A stretch of 64,000 nt of DNA from Octopus vulgaris (Eukaryota). A program made the position numbers and the translations under genes. The DNA is taken from NCBI GenBank assembly GCA_951406725.2, contig OX597833.1:42904001-42968000 (forward strand). Direction: 5' to 3'. Positions 39,380-54,591 of the stretch are shown piece after piece (position 1 is the first letter of the stretch; the number at the start of each line of letters is the position of its first letter). The notes beneath the pieces are model-generated. The model made no database searches. It was not told the DNA's origin and saw only the letters and a list, made by a program, of their open reading frames with translations.

Positions 39380-40053
39380 ACTTTCTGTTCTATAAGTACT
39401 AATCCACATGTACTGTTAATATTTATGTATGTCCTGGCTCTCTTACCCTTTTTCTATTCCTTCTCTGCTTTTGCAATTCCCAACCCCTATAAATATATAA
39501 ATATATAAGAATACTAATCCCTTTATCACTCTCTACTCAGTATATTTACGCATGTTGATTTTCCTCCCCTCCATTGCTGTTCTGTTCTTACTTTCTACCT
39601 CTGCCTTAATCAAGTTTTCTTAGATTTTCCTTTACTTTTTTTTCTCATCTATATTTTTATAGTTCCTATATTTTCATATAAATATTCTTTCATATGATTT
39701 TGTTTCGAATTCTTCATATCTACTATTTTAATAATTAGATTACTCCTACAGTATCCTTCCTTCTCAAATACATACATACTTTCCTTGTTTGCTTACAACC
39801 AATATTACTGAATCACCATACGTCTAAAGTACGTGTACACACGTTATAATCTAACGCTTGCAAATATTACTTCTTATTTTTCTTTCCCCTTTCCCTGTTC
39901 ATTTTTCTGTGATATGTCTCTTCAATCTTTTTTTTTTTCCTTTTCTTCTGTATTTTTCACATTTTTGTGCTTTCTCTTTCACCTTCTCCTTTCATATTAT
40001 ATTACTTACTCCCCTAATTCTTCATTTCTGCCTGCCTCACTGTCTCATAACAT

Positions 40054-40104
<51 letters not shown>

Positions 40105-40261
40105 ATTTGGTTTGTCAACGGTCGATTTTCAAAGTTTTGAAATTGCTAAGCTTTTTTACGTGTTAGAATCTTTGTATTCTTAAGACTCAACTTAAGCAAA
40201 TTACTTACTCCATATGTTAAAATGATAGGGAAGAGAGTAAGAACAGAACAACGGAGAGAGC

Positions 40262-40316
<55 letters not shown>

Positions 40317-40334
40317 GACACGTACGCACACACG

Positions 40335-40410
<76 letters not shown>

Positions 40411-41644
40411 TCAAATGTGCAGAGAACCGAAGGAACCGAAGTGAAGGAACAACAAGCTGGTGTACTAGCTTGACGATCGAGAAGAATAGAAAAGTCTTTG
40501 TCGTTTCGAGCCTACGATCTTCCACATACATACATACATACATACATACATACACATATATGTACACATACATAGATATGGACGCGCCCACATACACACA
40601 CATATACTCACTTAATTTTATTTACTGATATCAAGCAATGGTTTGATTATATTTCATTTGATTACATGAATTGCCGTCGACGATGCTCGCTGCTATTTCT
40701 GTTGTAGACCAGCTCCGTCTCTTGCAGTCACTGTAGCCATGACAGAGAGGGCGGGCTCTTCAGTTTCCTGAACGTTTCCTTTGGTCAAGGAGTAAACGAT
40801 TTAAGGGGCAATTTCTGAAGTCTCGACTGGCGATGCTGTTCAAACGGCATCCTCCGTCTCTTCCTGTTTTTGCCGTCTCTTAACTTTACATGACAGAAAA
40901 TTCTATGTGGCGCTTACTGCAATATCTAAAACAGCGTACCTTCTACTCTGCATTTATGACAGGGTAGAGTTCTGGAATGGTTCTTTAGTCTTCAGAGACC
41001 ACAAAAATTTGCTTATCTTCAGTGACTGCTTCGAATGAAATGTTGTTTTTCGTGATCTTTTTTCTTATCGCCAACCAATATTGCTCCAGTGGGATCATGT
41101 TGCTAGCAAAATTCCTTACAGTCAGTATTGCATTGCGTCTGCTCATATTGGATTGTGTGCCTAACGTTCTATCTAGGCATCGGTTTTAAAGAGCGTGTCA
41201 ATGTTTCCGTCGTATTTGCCACGGCAGATGGATGCCATACTACCTCATGCAACACCAGCAACTTCTCTCAATTACTTCATTGGCTGTAAGTTGCAAACCT
41301 GCTCCACTTTGAGTGAGGCATAGATTTATCAACTTTCTCTTTACCATTTGTCGACAAAATTCGTCGATGAAAGTGACTGAGACTTTGCTAACGCAACATT
41401 GCCCTAGCTTGTCCTGGGTTTCATCCTTGTCCAGTTTTAGAGATTCTCTGTTTGAAGCAATATGAGCTGAGTTATATTTTTCCACTTTAAATCAAATATC
41501 CAATGCTATTTGCATTGTGAGAGAGAGAGAGAAGGATACAGAGAGATAGAGAGAGAGAGAATACGGAGAGAGGGGGAGAGGGAGAGTGAGAGTTGAGAAT
41601 ATTCCATGAGATAGTTGAGAATATTCCTTGAGAGAGTTGAGAAT

Positions 41645-41900
41645 ATTCTGCACAATGAACTTGACATGACGAAAGTTTCAGCTCGCAGACTGCCGCGTCT
41701 TCTGACACTAGATGAAAAACAAAACCAGTCTGATCATATCACGGGAAAATCTGACATTGTCTGAGGTAGATGCAGCTAGTTTCCTTGAAAGTTTCCTAAC
41801 TCAGGATGAGTGTTGGTTTCATGAATTTCAACCAGAGACAATGAGACAATCCATGTGGTGGAAACACCCACCACGCCTGTTCCATAGAAGGCCAAGTAGA
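41645..41900 (+). mobile_element. mariner transposase central fragment
   Basis: LHNELDMTKVSARRLPRLLT...FLESFLTQDECWFHEFQPETMRQSMWWKHP (WVP-like and TxDE motifs). Confidence 0.85.
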
Positions 41901-42294
41901 TATATCAGGTTTCCTTGAACTCTTTCTAACCGAAGGCTGTTGTTGCTGATATCGAGTGAGGCATTAAAAGCGCTCTCGGTGATTGAAAAGTCCTATTTTT
42001 TAAAATCCTTTTGAAACGTTTATGCATCGGTGCAAACTATGTTTCATGACTTTTACCTTGCTTATTGTATTCTGCTTTCTTTGACGATATTGTTGAAAAA
42101 TAAAACGACAAAATTTGCAACCCGAACCAAAACTGTTTTATTATGTAGTCTTTCACTTATTCAAAAAGGCGAAAGAATAAAACGTAAACGCCTTTGTTAT
42201 ACAGTGCGACACAGAACAATAGACATTTTTGTACGTTTAAAACCAGCGAAGACAAAAAGGAAAAAGAAATCAGTTTCGATAACACAAACAGTAA

Positions 42295-42515
42295 CAATGG
42301 TTTGAAATTTTGGCACAGGACCAGCGATTTTAGGGTTTTGAGTTAGTCGATTAGATCTACCCTAGTCTTTAAATGGAACTTATTTTTAACGACCCGGAAA
42401 GGATAGAAGGCAAAGATAATTTTGACGGAGCTTGAACTCAGAATACAATGAGTCAGGAGAAATGCGGTCTAATATTTTTACTGACGCGCTTATTATTCTG
42501 CTAACTCGTCGCCTT
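42295..42515 (-). mobile_element. SINE family A2
   Basis: Reverse complement of the 24665-24885 type. Confidence 0.75.
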
Positions 42516-43746
42516 ACGAGCAATAAATATAAGAAGCAATTACAGGGATAGGTTGCAGAAATTTAGGGTTTTCCATAGAAATTGGATATGAATTGGTACA
42601 CCGTTTTAAAATATGTTACTGTCTCAAGAACATCCCCTAGAGCCAAACAAGTAATCCCTTATATACTACTGTATTACGCTGGCAACATGTTTATGTGCTT
42701 TCTCCCAATTATCGTACCTCAGACATGCTGGTATTGGCCCATTCACTTCAACCATCTTTGCTGCCTTCAGCAAATTAACTCATGAGTACCAGCTATCTCT
42801 CGAACCTCCCTTTATTCTCCAAGTAAATATTGAAGTTGTTACTGAGGACCTGATCGAAGAGCATCTGTCCTCATTCACTTCCTGCACACATCTTTCACAA
42901 AAGCTACAAACAAGTAAATTGCCTGTCCTTCTTGACTAGGGAAAGCTGTGGCGCAAACTTCACATTGGACTCGGCTGTTCAACCCGCAACTTCATGGCAT
43001 CTATGGGTATCATCAGTCGCGAAACATACCAACAGCTTCGCCCCTCAGACGGATCGCCTGACTAGTGAAGCACGCCGCTTCCACAAGTCACGAAACCGCG
43101 GACATTAGAATCTAGTCATACCAACGGAAGCAACAGGCGTGTTCACCGCATCTGCCCGACTTTTGAAGGATGTCTTGCTCTTAGCTCATTTCTGGGTGAG
43201 ACAACCTATCCTACTCGTCCTACTTCTTGGAGGTCCGGTCCGAACTAGACCCTAAACAACTCCACCATCGCCCCACCACTCTTACCTCGTCAGCTGCTGA
43301 TCAGAGTTGTTCCGATTAATTTTTTTAGAACGGTCCAAGCTATATCCATTTCGGTGGTGTCCGACATCATTATGCTGAATGGTGCACCTCTGAACACCTC
43401 TAAATTCTACAGCAGTGGCTCGAGAGTCAGTATATACAAATGAGCTGTGAGTGGACGTTGTTAATGGACGGCATATGTAAGGGTAAATAAATATTGATTT
43501 CTGACTAATGTTATTCTCATCAGCAAGAATGGAAAACAACGTATGAATTTGGAGTCTGTTTGAAACGTTATCAGTGAATTGAGGCGTTTTTTTAGTCTGT
43601 GGTCGTTTACTTAAGTCCGTATTTTTAATCAATCAGTCCTAAGATCAAAATATTCCAGCTTTAAACAGATCATCTTCCTTTTTCAAGTATTATATGAAAA
43701 GGCAGAAGATCTAAGAACAGTGTAAAGGCTGTTGAAAAAACATCTA

Positions 43747-44570
43747 CGAGGTTGGGCTGATAAGATCATAGGCTGACTATGAAGGTGTGAAATCTTTGCA
43801 GACATTACTTTCACCTCTTTTTATTAATAACTGCATTGTTTCTTTCCAGATAAACTGACATCTACCAGTTCAAACATTTTAGATGTAACACGTAGCTTCT
43901 CTGGAAAATGGAGAAAATTCAGCATCGTGGTGTTATCAAGTACCTGCAGAAAAAAAAGGGTTTAGCCCCCAAAGACATTCATGCTGACAAGGTTGCTACA
44001 TTAGGTGATGATGCTCCAGTTTTAAGGAGTGGCTGTGTGGCAAGTAGCTTGCTTACCAACCACATGATTCCGGGTTCAGTACCACTGCGTGGCATCTTGG
44101 CCAAGTGTCTTCTACTATAGCCTCAGGCTGACCAAAGCCTTGTGAGTGGATTTGGTAGACGGAAACGGAAAGAAGTCCGTCGTATATATGAATATATATG
44201 TATGTATGTGTGTGTATATGTTTGTGTGTCTGTGTTTGTCCCCCCACCCAACATCGCTTGAGAACTGATGCTGGTGTGTTTACGTCCCCGTAACTTAGAG
44301 GTTCGGCAAAAGAGTGATAGAATAAGTACTAGGCTTACAAAGAATGAATCTTGGGGTCAATTTTCTCGACTAAAGGCGGTGCTCTAGCATGGCCGCAGTC
44401 AAATGACTAAAACAAGTAAAGAGTGCAAAAGTGAGCAGCTGAACTTAGGAGGGGAAGGGAAAATCTTGAAGATGACCCAAGGTCTGGACATCCTGCAACT
44501 GCCGCCACTGAAGTAAACATTGATGGTGTTCACCACATGGTCATGGATGAAAGGCAATTGACTATAAATT
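43747..44570 (+). mobile_element. mariner 5' part (TIR plus HTH) interrupted by a SINE
   Basis: TA-CGAGGTTGGGCTGATAAG start; MEKIQHRGVIKYLQKKKGLAPKDIHAD... continues after the SINE as RRGRENLEDDPRSGHP. Confidence 0.87.
44025..44423 (+). mobile_element. Near full-length SINE family B
   Basis: GGAGTGGCTGTGTGG head, GGTTCAGTACC B-box-like motif, internal microsatellite, AATGACTAAAACAAGTAAAG end. Confidence 0.93.
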
Positions 44571-44646
44571 TAGTCTTTATGCGTACATACATATATACAT
44601 ACATACATACACACACATAGACGCACACGCATCTCTCATTATATAT

Positions 44647-44858
44647 GGCGGCGAGCTGGTCGAAATGCTTAGCGGTATTTCGCCTGTCTTTACGTTCTGA
44701 GTTCAAATTCCGCCGAGGTCGACTTTGCCTTTCATCCTTTCGGGATCGATTAAGTAAGCACCAGTCGCGCACTGGGGTCGATGTAATTGACTTAATCCGT
44801 TTGTCTGCCCTTGTTTGTCCCCTCGATGTGTAGCCCCTTGTGGGCAGTAAAGAAATAA
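44647..44858 (+). mobile_element. SINE family A1 with a short internal deletion
   Basis: Matches 32605-32835. Confidence 0.92.
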
Positions 44859-45674
44859 AATATATATATATGTAATCCAAATTGAGGGAGTGGAGTTGGT
44901 AAAGTTTTGGCTACATGTGTTTCCTAGCTAGCAGATCCTCTAGAGCGGTACCTAGAAGGGTACTCCGCTAGCTACTCTTCAAGTCGAAAGTCCCTTAATT
45001 ATATGAAGATTACATTGTCGTTAAGGAATCCCAAATTAACTCGCCGAAGATACAATTTGAAAATGAGTGGCAAATATTAACGACTGGGGGCAGTGTAATA
45101 CTATGTCAATGTGAATTACACAAAACAAAGCATAAAATAGAAATGCCATAAAGTAACCCCTAGAAGATTCGGCGACTATTTTCCTCATCGGCAATGTTGT
45201 ATTAAAAGGTCGAAGCACGTGTACCAGCATACTATATAGCAATTTATGATATCCCGAGTTGTTGCTACATAACTACACAGGTAATACTCAAAAGAATTAA
45301 GCGATGCCTTTATATTATTCAATGACAATATAATATGGAGCGCTTAAATGTATCTGTGTGCGTATTGATCTATTTTAGGGGGATAAAATAGGCAATAACT
45401 CCAAACACTAGATGTGGTTCTTTTCAGTTATACGTATGTACGAAAATTTTCATCCCACAATTTGAAATTTTTCTCGGGTTCTAGTGATCTTATAAGATCA
45501 GACAGGCAATGAAAATAGTGTTCTGACAACCGAACTAAAAGTTAAAACAAAAGCAATGCAAGTATTCATTGGCAGTGTGACCCACCCAAACGATAATGGT
45601 TTGTGCCCTCAGTTTCAGGTCGAAATTACTGCAAAACAAATTTTAAAAATTTATACATACATGCATGCACACAT

Positions 45675-45765
<91 letters not shown>

Positions 45766-45792
45766 CATATATATATGTATACACACACATGT

Positions 45793-45831
<39 letters not shown>

Positions 45832-46303
45832 AATATAAATATATATATAAATATATGAATGTTTGATGTATGCATTTGTATACGTAGGAAGAATTTATTC
45901 TACAATATTTAGATCTTATCAAGTTCCTTTTTTCTTCTTTAGAAAAAGAAAATGTCATTTATGTATGCATATGTAAATGTATGTACATGTGTACATACAT
46001 ACATACATACATAATACATATACTTATATAACTACCTCTCTCACTCTCTTTCTCTCTCTCTATATATATATATACATATATATATGTATATATATACATG
46101 TATATGTGTGTGTATACACACAGACAAATCAAAACACGCATGCACACACACACGCACACACACATATGTATTATGTATGTATGTATACTCATATACACAT
46201 AAAAAGAAACATCTGAGAATCATAGCGTTTGAGGTCAAAAATAACTTAACTATTTTTCAAAAACCAGAAACAATATATAAACGGGTACAATAATAATAAT
46301 GAT

Positions 46304-46352
<49 letters not shown>

Positions 46353-46818
46353 ATGATAATAATAATGATCATAATAATACCAATGACAACAACAGTAAAA
46401 GCGGCAACGTACGTAGTGGTAGTAGTAATAAGAACAAAAAGCGAAACGAACGACAAAATAACCAGAAGAAATATTTTCAGAACATCATGTCATGCGTTGT
46501 TACTTCGCCCTGTTCAAAATGGCTGCGAGGGGTTACTTGAACATAACTACACTTCTTTAGAAGATTTAGAGCAAGGACGATAGAGCTTTGTTCATGGAGC
46601 GTTTGATATGTGGAAATGTGTGAATATCTAACTATCTAACCATCTATCTAACTATCTATCTATTTATCTATGAATTTATCTAGCTCGAGATAAAAGTATT
46701 GTGTGAGTTTATGGATAAATATTTACATGCATATGTATATGTATATGTATATGTATGTATATATATAATTTATATTTTTATGTTTGAACGCCACGCATCC
46801 ATTTCCAAGTTAGTTTAT

Positions 46819-46878
<60 letters not shown>

Positions 46879-46908
46879 AGATAAACGTGTATGTGTGTGT
46901 ATGTGTAT

Positions 46909-46961
<53 letters not shown>

Positions 46962-47021
46962 CATATATATAGACATACATATATATAAACATAAATATAT
47001 ATAGACATACATATATATATG

Positions 47022-47061
<40 letters not shown>

Positions 47062-47615
47062 CATAAGCGTGTGTATGCATGCGTGAATGTAAATAAATGA
47101 AAATAATTTTGTTTTTTTTTGTATATTTGTGTATGTGTGAGAGAATGTGTGTATGTGTTTGTGAGATTTTATATTATCAAGCATACACGAACTTGTATAT
47201 GTATGCAAACAAACATACACGCAGGTGTGCGAATATACAACACGCACACATAAATACATACATACATACATACATACATAATACATACATACATACATAC
47301 ATACATACATACATACATACATACAATTGCTAAACATGAAACGACTCGATATCTTTGCCACGTCAGTAAAGAAAAAAAAAATTCGGAAAACCAAAGAAGA
47401 AAACAGAAGGAAAAGAGAATCAGAGAGTATGTAAGAAGGTTAAAGAAAGAAAGGAAGCAAGGGAGCAAGAAAGAAAGAAAGGAGGAAAGAAAGTAAGAAA
47501 GTATGGAAGGAAAAAAGGAAGAGAAAAAGGAAAGAAAAGAAGACAGAGCGACACACACAAATATATATATATATACATACATATATATATGTATATATAT
47601 GTATATATATGTATA

Positions 47616-47674
<59 letters not shown>

Positions 47675-47692
47675 ATATATATATATATATAC

Positions 47693-47751
<59 letters not shown>

Positions 47752-47760
47752 CATACATAA

Positions 47761-47803
<43 letters not shown>

Positions 47804-48298
47804 AATATATGTTGCTCGGTCTTCCTTACAGAAAGAGAGAGAGAGGGAGAGAGAAAGAGAGAAGGAGAGAAAGAGAGAGTCTGAAAACGAAGGAGAAAAA
47901 AAAAATCAAACACGAAGAAACAAATAAATGTTTTGAGAGAAAGTAAAAGCGGAGAATGAACAGCAACTTGTCTTATCAACATAAACCGTCTTTAGAATTC
48001 CAAACTAACGCAGCCAATATACAAGTATTTGTGTATGTTTGTTCCACTACCCGGCAACGCTATTCTTAAAACATATACCACACTGTATCAGGCACAAGCG
48101 TGCTGTGTCTAGCTTTATACTAACTATGATACAATCCATTTCGCAAATGTATAATATATCGCAATAAAACCCTTCCGTTCTTGATGCTGCAGTCTTCATT
48201 TCGGACCACTTGAGGGAGATTACAAAGACTATTATATGTGTATACATACATGCATACATACATACATACATACATACATACATACATACATACATACA

Positions 48299-48330
<32 letters not shown>

Positions 48331-48392
48331 CATACATACACACATACATACATACATGCATACATACATACACACAACATACACATACATAC

Positions 48393-48443
<51 letters not shown>

Positions 48444-48493
48444 CATATATGCATATATATATATTTAAGCATATATATATATATATATATATA

Positions 48494-48558
<65 letters not shown>

Positions 48559-49249
48559 GTTCATATATATTTATACGCTCACATATGCGTGTATATATAT
48601 ACATATACATACGCACACATACACACAAACACGATATCATCTTTGCAACCTCCCCCACTTCTTACCGTTGTAGCGAATAATGAATTTCAATTATCATTGC
48701 AAGAAATTATTATTGTCGTCATCATCACCACCACCACCACCACCACCACCACTATTATTATTTTATTTGTCTACATCTTCCGCTACTTTTTCCTTATTTT
48801 TTTCACGAGCTTTAATAGAGTTTCTCTAACCCTAACCTCGTACCACCACGTGCACATCTGTGTTCCCGAGTTGTGTGCATGGAATATGACTCCTGAAATT
48901 GCAGACCTGTGTTTCTATACTGCATCAGTTTTGCTCTGCTAAGGGTTTGGTTTGTTGCTTCTGGTACTATCTCAGTTTTCCTTCTGTTGTATAGACTATA
49001 CGCTATATGAATTGTGCTATTTCGTTGGGTGGTGATTATGTTTTGTATGTGCTGTGAGTTGATTAGTGTTGCGTGTTTCATTGCCAGAGAGTCCTTGTGA
49101 AGAGTATGTGGAGTGTGATTTGTTTAGCATTAATAGGTTGCAGATGTGTATAATGTTAGTTTGCGTTATAATATCAGATATCAGTTATGAAAGAGCGTTT
49201 GTTGTGTTATTTTATGGCGTGTTGATTTCGTAGATCGTGTTGTATGAAG

Positions 49250-50250
49250 TGTGTAGAATGTAGGTTGTGTCTATGAAACCTGGTATAGTTTGTATTTTTC
49301 CCTTCATAGATTTTGTGCCAAATAGTTATCTAATTATAATTTGTGCTGTGTTTTTTTTAAAATTTCATGTCCCACATCATCTTCTTCGTTCTAATTTCCG
49401 GGTCTTTGGACTTAGCTTCCGGGCAATATTATAGTCGGAAAGGATAGATATATTTATTAGCGTATTTTCGTTCCGGACTTCGATTGCAACAATTTGCTGT
49501 GATCTCCTGGTCAGTTTTGATTGACAGTTCCCACAGGGTTGTGATCGAATCATCGTTATGAACCGTACTAGGTATATGTTTATATCACGTCTTGTTAGTT
49601 TCCAAACAGAAGTGCCACCATGTTGCCCTGTAGATATAACTGTTGACTTGATTATGACTATTAATAGTATACACGGATTTGGCAAGGACTAGGCAGCCGA
49701 AGAAGATGTAGTCGACCGTCTTATTGTACAGATTGCATAACCTACACTTGATGTAGAAATATTTTTTTATTGCTGTTGCTTATGAGTAAGCCTTAATCTT
49801 GTGCAGTTAAGATAAACCCTTCAGATTCTGCTTTTAGCTTAGAACTTTCTAACCATTGTTAATTTTCATTCTGACTTACTTTCTCCGTGTTCCGTTTTGT
49901 GGGATATTGGCTGTAAAGTGGTTTTTCTCTATTTTTTACGGTATATTTCGGAATTTGGTCATGATTTATTTAAACGTTTTCAGAAGTTTAGTCCTTATCT
50001 ACACATTCTACCTATATCTTGGCAATTTTGAATTTGTGCTTTGTTCCCTTATATATTGCAAAAATTATCTTCATATTAAATTATAACACCTATTAACTTC
50101 TTTTTGTTTGCGTCTAAGTATTTTCCTATCCAACTGTTGATATTTTGTAGTAATTCTTTATTTGTCTGAAAACCCGCTCTTCTTGCTTGCAGGGTAGGCA
50201 TATTATACCTATATCAATTTGAGCTGGGTAGCTTCCCAATTGGTTAGAGA
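49250..50250 (-). mobile_element. Decayed R4/Dong-like (restriction-like endonuclease) non-LTR retrotransposon, C-terminal part
   Basis: WLESSKLKAESEGFILTAQD, KCRLCNLYNKTVDYIFFGCLVLAK (CCHC finger), TTLWELSIKTDQEITAN, INISILSDYNI, MWDMK. Confidence 0.8.
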
Positions 50251-50306
50251 TCTGTGTGTGTTAGTGGGTGTTTTGCTGTTGATGGTCTGCTATATTTGCA
50301 ATGCTA

Positions 50307-50363
<57 letters not shown>

Positions 50364-50382
50364 TACAACACACAAATTTCTG

Positions 50383-50429
50383 CACATGAACCCGGAGTTT
50401 CTACCCTTGGACAGGTCGCTTCAACCGTG
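50383..50429 (-). ncRNA. Degenerate hammerhead-like motif inside a (TA)n-flanked element (~50360-50518)
   Basis: Minus strand: cacgg-TTGAAGC-g acc tgtccaag ggt a-GAAA-ctc c ggg-TT-catgtg. Confidence 0.45.
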
Positions 50430-50514
50430 TTTCTGACGTGAATTTGCTACCCAGGTTTCGGTTAAACAAATTTTCCATGCTGACGATAAACATAGGATAA
50501 TTCATTCACCTATT

Positions 50515-50552
<38 letters not shown>

Positions 50553-50575
50553 TGTGTGTATGTATATGAGTGTAA

Positions 50576-50633
<58 letters not shown>

Positions 50634-50679
50634 TTGTATGTCGGTAGTCCCATGTTCATTTTTTTAAAATGTATAGAAT

Positions 50680-50895
50680 AGGCTGCCAGCTAGCAGATTC
50701 GTTAGCACGCCGGGCAAAAGGCTTAGCGGCATTTCGTCCCTCTTTAGGCTCTGAGTTCAAATGTTACTGAGGTCAACTTTACTTTTCATAATTTCGGGTA
50801 AGATAAAATAAGTACCAGTTGAACTCTGGAGTCAATGTATTCGAATTACCCGTTTCCCCGAACTTGTTAGCATTTGTGCGAAAATTTGAAACTTT
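50680..50895 (+). mobile_element. SINE family A2
   Basis: Family A head and core with 'ttgtgcgaaaatttgaaac' tail. Confidence 0.8.
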
Positions 50896-51359
50896 TGGTA
50901 TTTGATCGACATATATTATTCTCTTGCAAAAAAGTATTAACGTCTTCCGACGCGTTTCTATCTAGTTTCTTTATATTTTGAGAGCTAAGATTTGGCTGAG
51001 TATAACGCTATCAGGATCAAGCTTAGTTTCCTCTGATACTACAAGTTATCGAATAAGTGAGATCATTCAGTCTGATGCTCTCCAAGCAGTTTGTTACCGT
51101 GAAAAGAATTTCTTGAGTGACTTCTGTTTACATTTGTTCTTCCATTCTGCTGCTTCCGCTGTTATATCTTGGACAGGTGTTTATGTTGATCATTGCATAT
51201 TGATTCTGTAATGTTCCCTTCTTTTTCTATATTCTCCATTCTTTTATTGATGTCCCTCTCAATATGAAATCTCATTTCTCTCTTCAGATGTGTTTTTACT
51301 GTTTGTTGTTAAGTGTCAGAACAAGAGTAAACTTTTGTTGTGGCTATACGTTTTGTTAT

Positions 51360-51411
<52 letters not shown>

Positions 51412-51415
<4 letters not shown>

Positions 51416-51593
51416 AAGGGAAAGCTTACGAAAATAAACAAAAGACAAAGGCAGGTGGTGTACAAACAAACAAATGTATTAGTATAGCACTCAGGAATAG
51501 AAAAAGTCTTTTACGTTTCGAGCCTACGCTCTTCTACAGAAAGATACACAGAAAAAAACAAGGAGAGAAAAAAATGTGTGTAGTAGCTAACGA

Positions 51594-51595
<2 letters not shown>
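51412..51595 (-). mobile_element. Second copy of the (TA)n-embedded variant-hammerhead element (motif 51507-51544)
   Basis: Minus strand: tcttt-CTGTAGAA-gagc gtag gctc-GAAA-cg-TA-aaaga. Confidence 0.75.
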
Positions 51596-51679
<84 letters not shown>

Positions 51680-51685
51680 TGTATG

Positions 51686-51716
<31 letters not shown>

Positions 51717-51989
51717 TCTTTATTGTAAGTATTTTTCCTGTTTGTTTTGGATTTGCAAAACGTCCTTATTAGTTTATTCTGAGAGGTTGGTCCTGTAGTA
51801 TTTCCACTTTGGTCCGAGGTCGCATTTATGGAATGTGTAGTTGTCTATTTTGTGCTTCATCTCTTCCAACTCCTTCTCCTTCTCTTCGTCTTCTTCTCTG
51901 TCACTAATCGGACTCAGGAAATCCTGGTTGTATGCTTTGCTACAGAGAGATGCCAGGATTGCGTGAGAACGCACATTAACCGTGTAAAG

Positions 51990-53060
51990 TCAATGATCTT
52001 ACAATTTGGCACTTAGAGCGGCAAGCCCATGCAATACAGTAATTTCTGTTGCTGGTTCAGGTGTCCAATTAAAGTGTATGGAGATCTGATTCGGGCAGAC
52101 CTACAGATGGATATAATCTGCGCGTTGTCCTACGATATCTCTGACCAGATTGGAACGTATGCTCTTTCGATTCACATGAAACAGACAGGCTCCGTCGATT
52201 TCGTGGTTCATCCGCTATCGACGTTCATTTGGAAGGAGCGTCGGGATGCTGGAGGTGATGGTGCGCAGGGACACGCTGAAATTGATTCGTTTACAGAGAA
52301 TGTTAGACTACAAGAACAATGGCGAAAAGTTGTAGGCTTTAACACAACTCGTTTCTGTGATTCAGCTGCCGTCCTAGATTAAGTGGAATCTAAAAATCTA
52401 TCCTTGTCATGCAGAATATTTCCTGCAACTCACCGCACTCTATCAGATGAACTATGTGCCCAGTTGAAAGTAAACTCTCACTTTCTTTTAGACGATTAGT
52501 GACAGATTATTAGAGATGAAGGCTCAGAAGCGAATTTGGTTGATGAGGATAGTCAAAGTAGTCGCTCCTTGAGGACTTCCAAAACGGCTATTATGGGCAA
52601 TTTACATAAATCTTTGGTCTATCAGTGTTACAGGAAAGCATTGCTTGTTGGGGATAAACTCTAGAGGCACCACTGTGTTGGTACCGCTTGCGACCGTACC
52701 TCTCCAATATACGTGCAAAGCACACCATTGTTCAGTACCTGTGTACTTTGTGGGCTTAAATTGAGCAGATGTTATCACGAGTAGAACAGATCTGACTGTC
52801 AGCTGTGTCTTTTGTGGATATCGAATAAGGGCCTTCTTTTAATAAAGAAGGACATGACATCTTCCTCTATCTGGAGGCCATGGCGAAGGAAGTTGTATGG
52901 CGAACATGACTGAAAGGTCTGGGAACAGAGCTTTTCCTCTCAAGACAGCCCTCATTAATGTCTACAAGTACCACTTGAGGTGGAAGGTTAGGGTAAAGAG
53001 GGCTGTGCGTGAGTGTGGCGAAATTGGCAAAGCTGAATCAGCCGACACTAATTATACGGC
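51990..53060 (+). mobile_element. Decayed Tx1/L1-clade LINE ORF2 C-terminal region
   Basis: GMLEVMVRRDTLKLIRLQR, MGNLHKSLVYQCYRKALLVGDKL*RH...C (zf-RVT-like), AMAKEVVW. Confidence 0.65.
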
Positions 53061-53301
53061 TGTAGGATGGCAGTGACAACTGCAAGAAAGTATTACCCTG
53101 TAGTGTATTAGGGAAATTCAGGATCACTCTTTTACTTGATGTAAATACCGCACTGGTCCTTTTCTTTTTGTAAATGTCTTTCATCATTACATAGTCCTCA
53201 ACGTATTGAGCCCCTTTTGCCTTACACAAGATATCTTCCTCTTCCTCGTCGTCGTCGCCGTCATCATATATCACTATCATCGTCACCGTCGTCGTCGTCG
53301 T

Positions 53302-53340
<39 letters not shown>

Positions 53341-53755
53341 GATGCATATATACATACATATATATATGTATTTATATATATATATATAGGTTATAAAATG
53401 AGATAGGGGTTGAAAATTCAACCCACCATGGGATAATATATATCCAATATACTGCCAGATAGGTACCCAACAAGATTAATACATAGATGTTAAAAATTGT
53501 CAAACAATCAGTTCATCAAATGTATTATATGGGTAAAGGTAATAATATTACCGTAAATTAATACTACAAAATTAGAGAATGGAGAAACATACTTAAATCA
53601 ATAAAACATCAACTATCCGATGATACCCAATCAATACTTTAATACACCATTACATATGAGTAGAGGCATTATACAAAAAGAGATATACATTAATAGTAAA
53701 AAGATAAAGAGATATAAGTAAAAAATTTTCAAATATGATATGCAATTAATCAAAA

Positions 53756-53863
53756 CTGACAGCTGTTTCGGCAGTGAGGGCAGTCATACCTCATTTAACC
53801 TATAAGCCATAAAGGCAGGTATAAATGAGGCATTAACAAGGATGCCCCACGGCCTCTTCAGAG
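53756..53863 (-). ncRNA. Hammerhead motif with 85-nt stem II (left arm)
   Basis: Reverse complement of 54592-54699. Confidence 0.78.
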
Positions 53864-54591
53864 AATTAAATTAAATTTGTTATAATTGTGAAAAATATTA
53901 TATAATCATATACATATAAATATAAAAATATAAAAATGTAAAATATAAAAACTTATACATCATAATGCTACACTTATATAATATAATACACATTGGTACA
54001 ATAAAGGAAGGTAAACAGAACAAAATAAAACAAAATATATATCAGTGTATATATTAATATTAATATTAATAAGTACCGATATTATACATATTTGGCTAAT
54101 ATTTTTTAAAAAAAAACCTAACACATAGGGAGATGAAAAATAATAATTAAAACCATGGTTCAGTTCATAAAATTCTAAAGCTATAAAAGTTAATAAAAAT
54201 TACTATTAATATTAATAATAATAATAATAATAATAGATACAGTTAAGTTTGCACAAAGTCCATCCTTTCAAGAACGAAATAGAATTTTATGAACTGAACC
54301 ATGGTTTTAATTATTATTTTTCATCTCCCTATGTGTTAGGTTTTTTTAAAAAATATTAGCCAAATATGTATAATATCGGTACTTATTAATATTAATATTA
54401 ATATATACACTGATATATATTTTGTTTTATTTTGTTCTGTTTACCTTCCTTTATTGTACCAATGTGTATTATATTATATAAGTGTAGCATTATGATGTAT
54501 AAGTTTTTATATTTTACATTTTTATATTTTTATATTTATATGTATATGATTATATAATATTTTTCACAATTATAACAAATTTAATTTAATT

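Noticed and set aside
40630-41490. Possible MULE/SWIM transposase remnant
   Set aside because: Only a vague CxC...LP pattern; no TIRs or catalytic motifs seen.
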